NCBI GenBank assembly: GCA_002633005.1
Contig: NMRA01000007.1
Span: 437,136-501,135 of the forward strand
Direction: 5' to 3'
Origin: Phoronis australis
Lineage: Eukaryota > Animalia > Phoronida
Length of the DNA stretch: 64,000 bases
Shown here in pieces: positions 1 to 13,100 of this stretch. The translations under genes and the position numbers were made by a program. Numbering within the stretch: position 1 is the first letter of the stretch; each line of letters begins with the position of its first letter. The notes under the pieces were generated by a model. It was not told the DNA's origin, made no database searches, and saw only the letters and a program-made list of their open reading frames with translations.

Positions 1-3000
1 ATAGCCAATGGTCATTTAGTCATAAAATAACTGCAAATTTTTATTCATGAAAAATAATATATGAATTGATATATATTCACTTGCAGTGAAATAAATCATC
101 TAGATATACTTATGTCTATTTAAACTGCTTTAATACCCTGCATCTTTTGACAGTGTAATCTTTTAATATTCGCCGTAATGTTTGGAATGATGATTCATAC
201 CAGTGCCGATCTGCCATTCAACCTGATATCAAAAGCGGTTTCCTGTAAGTTCCTAGACGCTCATAAATCTTCTGCGCTCGAAACTTGCAATTTGTCGCAA
301 TAGGCAACAAAATGTTTCGTGGTTGATTTGAATATCTCTTTAATTTTAGATTTATTTGATTTTGCCAATGGCATGTAGCCTAGTATATGTAGCTGCAAAA
401 TACATAGGTTAGTGCTATGTGCGTGGCAAGCACCTTTGTGATCAGGACAAAACAAAATAACAACCGTGTATCATCACGAGTGGCAATAGTCTTTGTGAGT
501 TCTTGTAGTTAGTATAAGGTGTTTTATGCAACCATTTACATGCTAACATAACCGAATTTGAAAATTTTCTCTTTGTGTTTGTATTTTAATGAATGTTAAC
601 ACCATTGCAATGGATTAATGATGAAAGACAGGTCTGTGAATTTTGATTTTCATGTTACAATCAATTAGGCGAATCTAGCACAATTTCCGAAAGTCAAACA
701 CCATTTAAAGCTATATAGCATGTTTGATCATAAAATTTCCATTGCATGTTCTACCTGGATTGTGCTTCTGTTGTCTTGGAAACCGTGAAGAATGCTTGTG
801 CTATTTCCTAGCAACCATTTGTCAACTCAAGAGATGTACAATGTTCCCCTGTAAGTCGATTGGTAAAATTCAGTCAGCATGAATTGATGAGATATCAGTT
901 AGTGACCCAAAGTTTTGCCCAACTTTTGAAACTTTGGCAGCAGTTCAAAACAGTCGCAAATCAATGTTTTTGTAACAAATTGTGTTCGTGGGGGTAACTT
1001 CACTTGTGCTGTATTGAACTTGGACTGTTTTAACACATTTCACTGCAGATTTATACTCATAAAATAAATGGAAATAACTTGGAATAGAAGGAGTCAAATC
1101 AATCGGTTGTGTCTCAGTGTTACAGCTGAGTGTTATCATCAACGAAATTTAAAGTTTGTTTTCGCTGGCTTAATCAGCAGACATTGGAAAAGAGTATCGA
1201 AATGTCCCTTTCTCACTTTTATTGGCATTTCACTGTTTCAGGTAGTTTCAACCAGTGGGAACGCTTGCATTCAGTGTTGCATCGAAATTAAAATTAAAAT
1301 AGCGAGTACTTGTAATAAACAGGTGGATTACAACTTACACTGAAACATCTACATATTGCTACAGTTGAAATGTTCAACTTCGACCTGGTCAGCAGATTTA
1401 GTTTTAACATTTGCAAACTATGCTTTGTTTGCATGTTTGTAAATTCATCATTCTGTTACTGTAAGCGTTTCTTTTCAGTCATTATCTGAATATGTGGTTT
1501 GATTATTCTTATTAAAAAATTATACTAAAAACTGCATTTTCTCAGTATTTAGCTGTCAAAAAGGAAAAATGAATTAAGCCTCTTATGCTTGTAGAATCAC
1601 ACTCCTAATATTCCTTTGTTCTTACCACGATTGGACTTGATTTCCATTACCAACAAGAATATTGTGACCAACAGCGACTCAACAGACTGCTTCAGGGTTC
1701 ATTGGGGTTCGTCAAGCCTAAAATTGCAAATTCGAAAATGGCACATTCTTCTGAGATAAAAATCCCAGCGCTACCTTGGGATAAATTCACTGTTCCTCTC
1801 ACTGCTTGGGAATATTTGTGATGCTGGTTTGTACAAAAGCTACAGTAATGGGAAACCTCATGTTAACTTTAGTTGTAGGTTAGATCAAAGCATATCTCGT
1901 AGCGGATTAACTCAATGGGAAAGGCGCTTTAGTGTCTAAGTGATCACAAAGGCGCCTTCACCACTGGTTTGCTGACATGGCCGGATGAAAAGGAAGTGAA
2001 ACTGTGTTTGAACTGTCCAATGGGATGCTGCATTCACAGACTCTGATTTGGAGAATTTAGTTCAGGAAAGCTGCGTCGGATTTTTTTCATCTCATATATG
2101 ACTTCTGTGTCAGCACCTAGTGTTGGAAAGCAAAAGTCTGTGAATTTTGTCAAATCTGATGACATTGCACTACAGATAATTGGTAGTGTTGTGTCCAACC
2201 TTTGGAGGTCCTGTGAACTTTTATTTACTGACACTTCTTTCTTCATTAAATCTGAAGCTCTGGGGTTGGATTTTGTACATAGACAATTGGAGTTTAAAAG
2301 CCATTGGCTTGTAGTTCCTATCACCGTTGTTATCAGTAGGTCAGGATTGAGGCACAGCCACATGGTCACTTTCAGCATATGTGTTCTTAGTAATTAACTT
2401 GATTATCAAACCAAGGCTTGCTAGCTGACTTGTCCATGGTGGTTCAAAAAAGATTTTTTCGTTACTATGGTTTTATTTGTACCAGCTCATCCTCCTTATC
2501 ACTTTTAAAAAAATGGCTCATTCAAGTTTTCTGTTACTAACTAAATGGGATTTTTGTCAAAAATGCATATTTTATGTTTGAGTGGAAACACAAGTTTGGA
2601 TCAGTTGCTTTATAGAAACTGTCAAGTTACTATCCTACTATCTTTCCATATTTCCATGTCTTGTTTGTTTGCATTAAGACATTAATTTAAAACAGTCTGA
2701 ACCTATTAGGAAGTACAGTCTAGCTGTAAACAGCTGAGCTGAGCTCCCCACATCGAAGCAAGCAGCCATCCAGCAGGCAGTCATAACTGATTATAGGCCT
2801 GATAAATTAAGTGGAGGTGTTGGTTGCCAGATACAAGCTCACTCACTTGCTCACACACACATGCACACATACACATTGACACACCTACTGCTATTTTTGT
2901 TAACTCCCCAGACCTCGTTAATCATCTTAATCACAATGCTTTAGGTCATTTATAGTCTATCAAATACTTGTGATTGACATCAAAAGTCATATGAATGGGA

Positions 3001-3461
3001 TGAAATAAAAATGAATCGTAGGCAAGATTACCAGTGTTAAATTGGTAGGCTGTCTGGTTAATTTCTGTAGCCCATTTGTGCATGGCGTCTACCCTCTCAT
3101 TTTGTGTAAAGTAAAGTTTTTTCAAAAACTGGTAGTGCGAAAAGTAAACAAAGATTCCAGTGATGGACAGTTGTTGTTCCAGAGAGGTCAGGGCATGTGA
3201 CATCAGAAAGGTCAATTCTGGGTGAGGACAAATGTTACTGAATTGATTTGTTTACAAAAAACTGTAATTCTGTGTGTTGTTGAAGTCTCTAAAAATTGTT
3301 GGAAATGAATCATGCAATCTTAACTAAAAGAACTAGTTGGAAGGGTTAAACGAGGAAATAGGTTTCACGTATCTTGTTGGCTACAAGTCAGTAGTTAAGC
3401 CTTTATAAAACTTGTTCTGTTGTCAAAAATGACTTTCTTCCATAGCAACACCATTGTGTTT

Positions 3462-4063
3462 TTTTATCATTTGCTTGAGTTGCAATGAAACACCTGTGAC
3501 TGGTTGCATGAGACAGTCCTCAGACAGACTCAACTTTGTTCCCAATGTTTTCAGCGGATTTGTACGTTTTGTTTAAATTTTTAAATTCTTTAATGTTATA
3601 TTTTTCTGCCCTTCTATCTTTGTGCCAAATTCCTCTTTTGCTTAAGGACGTTTTCNTCTTCGTCATCATCTCCGTCTTTTCCTTAATTTCGCCAAGTGTC
3701 GCTCAAGACTAGCCTTTTTCTTACTGATTTCGGACTCCTACGTTCGTCATGTGTATGTTATTAACTTCTTTTGTTCATCCTCACCACCATCTTCGTCATA
3801 TTCGTCATCTTCGTCATCATCTTTATCGTCATCTTTTTGGTTAATTTCGCCAAGGTTCGCTCCTCGGAGCGCTTTCATTTTATCATTTGCTTGAGTTGCA
3901 ATGAAATACCTGTGACTGGTTGCATGAGACAGTCCTCAGACAGACTCAACTTTGTTCCCAATGTTTTCAGCAGATTTGTACGTTTTGTTTAAATTCTTTA
4001 ATGTTATATTTTTCTGCCCTTCTATCTTTGTGCCAAATTCCTCTTTTGCTTAAGGACGTTTTC
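3462..4063. repeat. direct duplication of about 190 bp (about 3462-3655 and about 3878-4063) around an N
   Basis: Near-identical copies; the first ends exactly at N3656. Confidence 0.85.
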
Positions 4064-4299
4064 TGATTATTTATCTGAAAACTGAACCCTTATTTCACTG
4101 AGTATAAATAGGGACTTTAAATTGTGGAGTTGCATGAAAAGGTCTATATAGTTTGCACTTGAGATATATCACAGCTAATGCTTGACGTAGCAATGGACAT
4201 AAAATAGTATAAGAAAGGACAATCAGTATTTGCACAAAGTCCACAAATACGCTGAAAATTTACAGAACTTAACTGAATCCCTATTGTTAACGTTTCATG

Positions 4300-4411
4300 C
4301 GGCAGTAGTCGGATATATCGTGCTCACATTTTCAGAACCAGTTTGGTGCCTGTAATGCAGTGGAGAAAACTGGTTCTCAAATTGCAGGCTCGTTATATCG
4401 GGCTATTTCCG
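4300..4411. repeat. imperfect inverted repeat (hairpin MITE remnant)
   Basis: Arms of about 45 bp, CGGCAGTAGTCGGATATATCG...AGAACCAGTTT and AAACTGGTTCT...CGTTATATCGGGCTATTTCCG. Confidence 0.5.
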
Positions 4412-4510
4412 TTTCGCTGACGGCTGTACTGGTTAATCTGCTGAAACCTAACCATAGTGGCAGAATAAGCAAAGTTTATGAGCCAATAACGAATAGTCAT
4501 GAGTTAAGAA

Positions 4511-4920
4511 ATCATTTCTAATAGGATTGTCCCGGATTACATGGCGATAGAACTCTTCTTTGTCTCGCGTGAGTTGGTTTTGGAAATCAAGTACATTTTC
4601 GTGTCTCTCATTGATGTCAGGAAGGCGAAAAATTTCAGATCACGCATCCAAGGAGATTTGTCCAGTTTATCAAACTTTCTCACGTCGGAGTTGTTATACT
4701 TTGTTGACACTGGAAAGACAAATAAAGCAATGCAACTGTGAAAAACTTGTAAAGAATCAGACAACAACAAATAATTTGTGAAACCCCAGTGGCACGAAAA
4801 TGCGACATCAAATGTGCCTGACTGATGTTTGCGGCATTGTGGGTAAATACAGCGAGATTTGAGTGTCACTGTGTAATCCAGGACGTAATCCAGGACAGCC
4901 CCATTAGAACAAAATGAGAT
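4511..4920. mobile_element. MITE-like element with about 30-bp imperfect inverted repeats
   Basis: ATCATTTCTAATAGGATTGTCCCGGATTAC versus GTAATCCAGGACAGCCCCATTAGAACAAAATGAGAT. Confidence 0.45.
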
Positions 4921-7607
4921 CAATTTTATAACGGCGAGTGGCCTGATTCAAAGGTTGCTTTTCTGACAGAAGACAGTTTATTACTCCTTTAGTCAATTAA
5001 ACTTAATCTAGTTTCCTAGTTTTCATTTCCATTGGTTATGGATAGTATAAAAGTGTTTCCATATCAGTGAAATATGTTTCAGATTACATTACATGTTTAC
5101 TGTGCTATTTGGTGATTTCCTCTAGAGAGAAAGCGCATGACACGGATGCATCTGACCACTCGTCCCGCCTCTGCTTATATAGCTATGGGGAAATCTGGTT
5201 CTTGACATCCTGTGAGGAAGTCAGCACAGTTTAATATCAATTCACCGCTTTTCTAAATCACTAGTAATAAATTGCGTTGATCTAAACTGTCAGTTTTGTG
5301 TTGGTATTAAGTGTCTTCAGAGGTGCATCCGTTGGGTCAAGAGAGGCTTGTGGAAGAAATTCAGTTGTCTTTGGCATGCACACTGTTGTCGTATGTGTTT
5401 GTATCCGGATTAGATCATCTCTAATTGTTGGAACCTGATTTTTGGTGGTGACAGTTAAGATCCCGATATACAGTTTGGTCTTCACCAAAATTCCGGGATA
5501 TTTCATTTCTTCTCAAGTTCACTTACATGGGGTTTAAGACCAATTTCAGCATTCTCCACAAATGAAAATTTCCTAATGCTCTAACGCGACTGGAATTACT
5601 AAATTCATGTCCATGTTTGAAAGTTCAGTCTTAGAATAAATGCATTGAAGGGGTACTAAAAATCCAAAATGTCTTAATTTTCTTAAAAATGATGACTAAT
5701 CTCCCAATATTTGAAATTTGTTGCTTACGTTTTCAAACTTGGCACAAGTAAGCCAAGCTTACTACGACAATTCAAACTCAACAAAGTGACATGTCAAAAC
5801 ATATTGCAGAGAACATCAAACATTTTTGAAAGCTTTCGATGTGTATGCCCGTAGTTTCTCAAAATATTCAAAACATCTGACAGTAGTTGTGGTACATAGA
5901 ATTTGACAATGATGTATTTAGTACTGTCGTACTTTTATGAAAAACATCGAAAAAATGTAATCTCACTTGTCCGCTGTTCTGTTCTAAATTGATGAGAATT
6001 TACCTTACTAAATTTGTTTTGGTTGTTCTTCCATCTTTCAGGATGTTGGAGAGCAAAGGATAAAATATAACTTCTTAATCCTTTAATAAACCCGCTGTCT
6101 GTCCCAAGAAGTAAACTTTTAATTTAGGCTGCTATAAAATGGTTCTGAGCGTGTTCCTTCCTCAGCAGGGTACAAGTTGTCACTTGTTTTGAAGCCTGAA
6201 ATTAAAAAATTTCACTAAGGAACGATTTGAGACCAATATTATGAAAGTAAATGATCTAAAATTTATTTTTTGTGATGGAAAGCACATTTATTCCCACTTT
6301 AAAGGCCATGGAAGCCACTGGCAAGCAACTCTACCAAGCCACTGTTTTGTGCTAGCGGTAACCTAATTGACGAGACCTGGACTGCGTTTGGGACAGAAAT
6401 CACTTATGGAATGGAAACTGTTAATTCTATGGCAAAATTAAACATCCAACCTCACTGACCTGTCACTTCAGTGGGTGCCATGTGGCTAGAGATTGCTAGT
6501 AAGCTCTCGAGTGTGCCCGCAAGAAACTTTCATTTGGCTCTCGTGATTTTGCGTGATCTTGCTTTTTCGCGATATATTTGCATCCAGGGAATGCAGTCCT
6601 ATGTTAGCTCTAACTAATGGGTAGGACATAGTTTGAATGTCGAACCACAGTTTTGATTTGGTTGTGAAAATACTGCGCACAAGATATTCATCAAGAGGAG
6701 GGCACGGGTAACCTTCATGTGAATTGTGTGATCATCACAAGTATACCACGTACCCGTTATATGTTTCATAAATCAAAAGATGTTCAATTTCAAAAGTATA
6801 ACTGTTTCTGCATTGATAAATCATACAATACAACTAGGGTCGGTGTGTACTTTGGACTTCGGACTCTTTACAGTAAAGTGCTGTCTTTTCACAAAAGCAC
6901 ATTCGAACGACACGTCTAGTACTTCAGTCTCTTAATTCTGGTTCTCCAAGGCAAATTCTTGATATTTGCAGCTATAACTATAGATAGAAGTTATTAGTTT
7001 GTCTTTTTGCTTGTGTAGGCCCTTTTATACTGACTTAACTCCGGTAGGTGACGCTATTATCATTGAAGTTATCATAAGGTAGATTTTTTAATTTGACATT
7101 GAGGGAACATTTACATGTGTTAATTGATATAAAACTTATTTTTAATTCGATTGGTAATTATTCAAGCAAAATATAAGCAACCATTGGCAATAACAGTGCC
7201 CTTTAATTGTTGATGATAACTGGCAGCTGGTGATAACTTTGATGGGACAGAAGGTGACCCTTCATACTGCACTGCAGTGTCAACGCTCCGCTGTTAAATC
7301 CACCTGTTTACTGCGATGTTAACTGGCATTACTACCCTCAATCCAGGACCGAAGTTAACGCTTCATACTGACTGCAACTCCCCAAAACATCGATGCATCG
7401 ACGTTTGTATGAAAAGGCTTTTAAATGGAACCAACCCGTTTCTGATTATTCTAGATATACTTAGAGTAAGGTAACTCCCACTCAGTCGCGTTTCCTCAAT
7501 TATCTTTTTAGACAAGTGCTGGGTTTTATGTGTCCTCCAATTTCATCTTATATTTTTGACAAGTCTTATTGAAGTGATGTTATCATCACGAAAAGTGGTA
7601 GATCAGC

Positions 7608-7676
7608 TCCAACACGGATTCAAACCTGGAACTTCTGCAGTTGCAGTCAAATGCTTGGCTGACTGAGCTAAACCCT
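7608..7676 (-). pseudogene. degenerate tRNA-Cys(GCA)-like sequence or tRNA-derived SINE head
   Basis: Minus strand GGGTTTAGCTCAGTCAGCCAAGCATTTGACTGCAACTGCAGAAGTTCCAGGTTTGAATCCG resembles tRNA-Cys (TAGCTCAG..AGCATTTGACTGCA..GGTTC.AATCC), but the stems are broken. Confidence 0.5.
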
Positions 7677-8739
7677 ACTCGATAAATGGCAGAGTATTGA
7701 AGCATTTCTAACTGGTCAAGTCACCAGCCTTCAAATGTAATAAAGTCCACAAAAACACAATGGATTTTGTTATTGTTTCATAACTATGATCAAAGCTAAT
7801 AACTTCACAAAGTCTATCCCACTTGACTGTAATTCCAAAAGTATGTTTTTATCCCTGTAAACAAGAATGTCCCTTTAAAAATAGCCTAATATTCATCTTT
7901 CTTCTTTGACCTCTGCCACCAGTCGGTCAGAATAGTCATATCTGCTTCTTGTAACAGAAGGGACATTGTGCACTTTGACATGATTTCTCATAATTGCTTT
8001 ATTGAAATCTCTTTGACAAAGGAACCTGACCACATGATCAACCAAAGTTACTGTACTATGAAATACCACTTTACTTTTTTCAACAATCAAATTACGGTGC
8101 TCTAATGTCTTCCCCATTATGTCTTACAATCGTTTCGTATTTATAATTTACCAGCAGTCTTAGATGGAAAAATTGAACTAAATCACTCTTCTTGTGAAAC
8201 TAAAGAACTATTTCATTTTTACGTGACCTCTTATTGCTGCATTGAGATAATGTTGAGAAATAGGGATGTGAATTGTGAGCACCATAAGTGTGTTTAATTG
8301 TGAAATGTATACAAGAAGGTAGATAGGACGTCACACATCATATGACAGATCAGACTCTTTTTTGTTCCCATTGGTGTCCTATCTGCTGTCTCGCGCGTAA
8401 TTAGCCTTAACAACATTAATGTGAAAAAAATAGTATTCTGGCCAATCGGGTGTGATCACCGTGGGTGAGCAGAACCTAACCACAAAATCACGTCATTGGA
8501 TACAGACTTGTGCCACCTGTTTTGGGGCCTGACAACGAGAAGGCTGGTCAGACCTCACGAGAATCTAACATCACATGACATCTGATCATTGTTCTTTGAC
8601 ATCCAGTTGTAAAATTTTATTCCTTCCCAGAATTCCACAAGTGCTACCATGAGATAGACATGCGATGGAGATCGTCATGGGTGCTTGTCTTGTGAGGGAA
8701 CACTCATCATTTTCCTTGCTGAAGATTTTTATATATGAT

Positions 8740-8986
8740 TACAGATTTGAAACAATCTTTAGAATTTGGGATGTGGAAACTCTCACGAAAAATTGAATTT
8801 CATTGATTCTGGAATTTGGGACAAGCGTAATTTTGGTGTTCACCATATTTCGGGCACTGTGTTTTCAATCTATTGAGTGGTGATTCTTTGGACATCTAAT
8901 GTTGTCTATTTCTAGAATTTGGGACAAGCTCCAGTGTTGAGCAAAAAAAATTTTTTTCACTGTCCCAAATTCGAGAATTTTTATCG
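8740..8986. mobile_element. second copy of the TTTGGGACAG MITE, in opposite orientation
   Basis: The reverse complement aligns by eye to 25951-26235 (AATTTGGGACAGT...GGAGCTTGTCC..AA). Confidence 0.6.
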
Positions 8987-9755
8987 TACACTCAATTTGT
9001 GCATCATTCTTTGCTTCTGAGTATTGTCATTCGAAACGTGGGCGTCATGTCCCTTCCTGTAATCATGTTTCCTGATTCTGGGTACTGCGACAGTTCTCGT
9101 AGCTGTAGCATATTCCGACGAGTTCTGTTGTGGCTGCCATATTGTATTTGTTTGCAAATACGTGTGTATGAAGGTGACTTTGTAGCCACTTATTTGGCTT
9201 CACTATAAGAAGATTCATACCGTCTCGTATTGAATTAATATTTGTTTGTGTCGGGTGCATCCGATTCAGCTATTTTTTACAGACTAAATTTCTGCCCATT
9301 TTAAATCACTCTCATGAAACGAACCCCAGGGTGTCTACATGGACACCTTAGCTAGGACACCATTTCAACATCCTGCTAAGCATTAGGACACCCATGTTGT
9401 TCATAAGTGTCTCTTCACTTTCTAACAGGAGCTCTGCGAGCTCATTGGCATCTTTAGAATAAAAAAGTTAAGGTGTGATGTAAGGCATGATTACACACCC
9501 ATGTGTCCATACTTGTCTGCTTCCCGGTCTGTAAACCACTGTGAGGATCATCGTGAAGTTGTCAGATGTGTTTCTGTCGAGGAGAGGATTGCCAACATTA
9601 ATATTTGGCTTGTTCTACTGCCGTGTCCTGAGCGGCAGTTGATATATTTTTTTGCGTCTGTCTCAGTATCTACCCAGTTGTTTTATGGTTCTTCATGAAG
9701 TTTGTCGTGAGGAAAGTATGGTATGGTTGGCGTTGATCTGCAATGGTGCACCTTA

Positions 9756-10174
9756 AGGCTGGTTCACGCAACTTTTTTGCGGAAATTTTTGTGCTATATT
9801 TTGCGGAATCAAGATTGCTTGAAAAAATTATTGCACAAATACAAAAATACCGCAATTACAGTTTCACCAGTTTTGGAATTTATTGTGGAAAATGCTCCAG
9901 ATGCCGTGACAGTTGTTTACACAAGCTTGATGATTTATTACCCATCGCATACTGGACACAAACCGAAAGATTGGCAACATGTTTATCGCACTGCGCATGG
10001 TACAAGCATTCTCACTTCCTTTCTAAAAAGTCTCGAAATCTCTGTTGTCTTGCTGTAAAAATTTGGTTTATCTATAAATGTGGTCTGACAGAGAACCCTT
10101 GGGGATTGCGGAAATTTTGGCGGAATGGAATTGCTCAGTTTTTACGCAAAACTTTTTCTCGTGTTAACGGGCCT
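9756..10174. mobile_element. PIF/Harbinger-like MITE
   Basis: Imperfect TIRs AGGCTGGTTCAC / GTTAACGGGCCT, with TTA on both flanks (3-bp TWA TSD). Confidence 0.55.
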
Positions 10175-13100
10175 TTAGTTACAAATTATCATAATTGCGT
10201 CTATTTTCCAAGATTGTCATGAAATTTGTATTATGTGTTCGTAACGAGGAAACCTGCACATCTGATGTTGATTTTTAGATGGATCTGACCACAGTACCAT
10301 GGAAATATTTGAAAAAATGAGCACCGTTGTCTTTTACCATTCGCAGTGCTCATAGTGAGCTCATGTCAACACTCTAGGTTACTTTTGTTTCCCATTTTTC
10401 GTAATCCGGTTTACTGCGGAGTCCCGCCAACATTCCAACATAAACAATCTCCCTCCTTTACAGATGCCACAAATACAGTTCTTTTCTCATGTGTTTTATT
10501 ACTTTTTGTGTCCAGTAAGGTTCACACATTTCTTTTCACGTGAACCATAGTAATACTCACTGTAAACGGACAGATGTGATGCATTTTGTCAACGCTTGCA
10601 ATGGATGCCGGCTGCCAGAGACATGTGTAACTCGTGATGTACATTTTGCTGACACTGCGAGAAGTCTTCACATATGGATCGGAAACTGAATTCTATCCCA
10701 CAATTCAACAATCCAACCTTCAGTGGCTGTCATTCTGTTTGGTTACTTTTGTAAGGTATTGCGTGATTTCGCTTTTCTGACTTGTAACTTGGTGTATGGA
10801 GCACACTCATGGCTTGTGTTAGACAGAGAAAGGAATGACAGTTCATGAGAAAAAGATTTGGTAAGAACTGAATTTCAGTGCTTGTGAGAAAAGAATTGTA
10901 TTTCTGAGAAAAGAACACAGTTAATTACTTGCACGTAGTCATTGTGACAAGAATATGATACACCCTGCTCTTGGTCTTGATGTACCCCGAGGACATGTAT
11001 AGGAAATGTACCTGTATCTGGCTATTTTTAATTCAAATGGACCATAGTGTTGGCACGTTAAATGTGCCTGTATGCTGACTATGGTGGTGCATAAGTCATT
11101 TCCTGTCAATTTTCATACCTGTATGATGAAGCTAGTGTCACAGTCAGTGCTAAGAGTCCCTCACTCTGGTCAATGATCTTGTCTATAACTGCTAATAGGA
11201 GCTGCTGATAAGTAAACCTGAACCAATGTGTTGAATCAAAAAACGACATCATTCTTCACTTACTAGAAGTCTTCAATGAAAAAATGTAAATGTGTTATCC
11301 TTTGACTGTTTGGTTCACCTCGAATGTAATTGTGGTAGTACTAACAAAAAGTATTGTGGTAGTACTAACAAATAACTTGAGAAATTAACTGTTTTTTTGA
11401 ATTTCTGTGAAAATTTCATGAATCAAATTTAAAGCAAAACTAATCTTGAAAGTTCCGCTGGTGCGTTACAAAGTGTCTGTGAAAAGTTAATGGCGGCCAA
11501 CTTCACCGTTATGCATGTGCCCACATGCAGAATACTTAAGTGGCTTCTTATTGTTCGTGTCTTTTGTCTGGTATTCGAAGCTCAATGTCTGCTTGTCTAT
11601 CAACCAATCCGCTTGAAGGAGCCGTATGACGTTTGAAACGGGTATTCAGGTCAAAGAAGACACGGATTATGTTGAGATACAGTTCCGACTAATTTTTGAT
11701 GGCTGCTACTTAGTACTCATGTCACTGTCATGGTACGATCTACCTCACCAGTTTTTGACAAATTTCCTGGTGATATTTTTTCTTGTCTCCCTTTCTGCGA
11801 AATCTCATAATAGATTCTGATCAGTGCCCACCCGTTTATGGCACCTGTGTGTTTTAACAGTTCCCAAACCCCATGATTAAACCTCGTGAAAAGTAGCAGA
11901 CGTGTTTTTCTTAAGAAGAGAATGGCACACTCTGGATGCCTAGCACTGCGACCTCTGTTGGCATTTTTAGTTGCTTACTGGTATTTGTTTTTTTATTTTT
12001 TAAAACCACTCAACAGGTGTAAGTGAAACTGTTTAGTTTGATAGTGTCCAAATTAGTAAAGTTGCCATATGTGCTGGGTGATTATTATAGCAGCCCTCGA
12101 TTCATGCTATTTGCGTCTTGCTATTGTGGTGCGTAACAATCACTTTCTTTTTTTACAAAGTTAACAAAACTGATACGGGAAAAGTCGAATGATTACAGTA
12201 TGGTAATTTACTGGTACATAATGTTTCTATAGTACTTACATCTTCCCAGTGAATAAGTCCACTGTGCTTGGAGGACCATCTTTGAAATCCTTTGGTTTGT
12301 GCTTTGGGCTAGAACTCGTGGTTTTGTTTTTTTACTATGGCGAGTTACTTCCTAATTACATATGATGAAACGATGGACTGAATAGAGTTGATTGTTTCAT
12401 TCAGCGGGACATTGCTAAATTGATTTATTCCAGTTTGAAATTTGCAGACTTCAACTTGACCTAATTGGCACAACACAGGACATGATGGCATACGATTTTG
12501 TTGGACTGATGAGCCCTAGTGGTTCTTCTCAATTGTTGAAATGAAGGGAAATGGTTATTTAACATTTGGTTATGAACTCCTCTATTTCGTCTTGTAGGCT
12601 TCTAGTGAACCAGAATAGCAGTGCATAACCTAGCTACGGTCCTTCATAACATCTGACCCTCTCACACACAGTGTGCATCACTATTTCTGCTTCAGTATAT
12701 ACATCTACGTATTACAGGTTGGGGGTTATAGACTCACCACGCTCTCTTGAGAGCTATTTTCGTGAAACGATTATCAATATGTGATTCTGGTTTGGGGTCA
12801 TGAAGTTGGGTGAGCTCTATAACCAATGGTTTGGAATGTGACTTTGTTAGTAAAGAGATGGCACCATTGGTGTCTTTCTTGTCCAAATTGCGGAGTTCTA
12901 TTAGGCCTACGGTTAATGCTAATTTCTAGGTTTGGTTCATGTAATTTTTTTTTTCGTATAATATTGAATGACTGTAAAAGCAATAATTATTAAATTTCCA
13001 CATGGACTGTTTGCTTTGGTAACAGAATAATTTCACACTATGAAAAGAACAATGTTTTCTTATACAAATAGGAAACATGGGATGTTCAACTCATCAGCAT

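Noticed and set aside
9723-10222. Two overlapping ORFs (111 and 159 aa)
   Set aside because: They coincide with a TIR/TSD-bounded MITE; no transposase or other motif.
12500-12545. Hammerhead candidate CTGATGAGCCCTAGTGG
   Set aside because: No GAAA box directly after the putative stem II.
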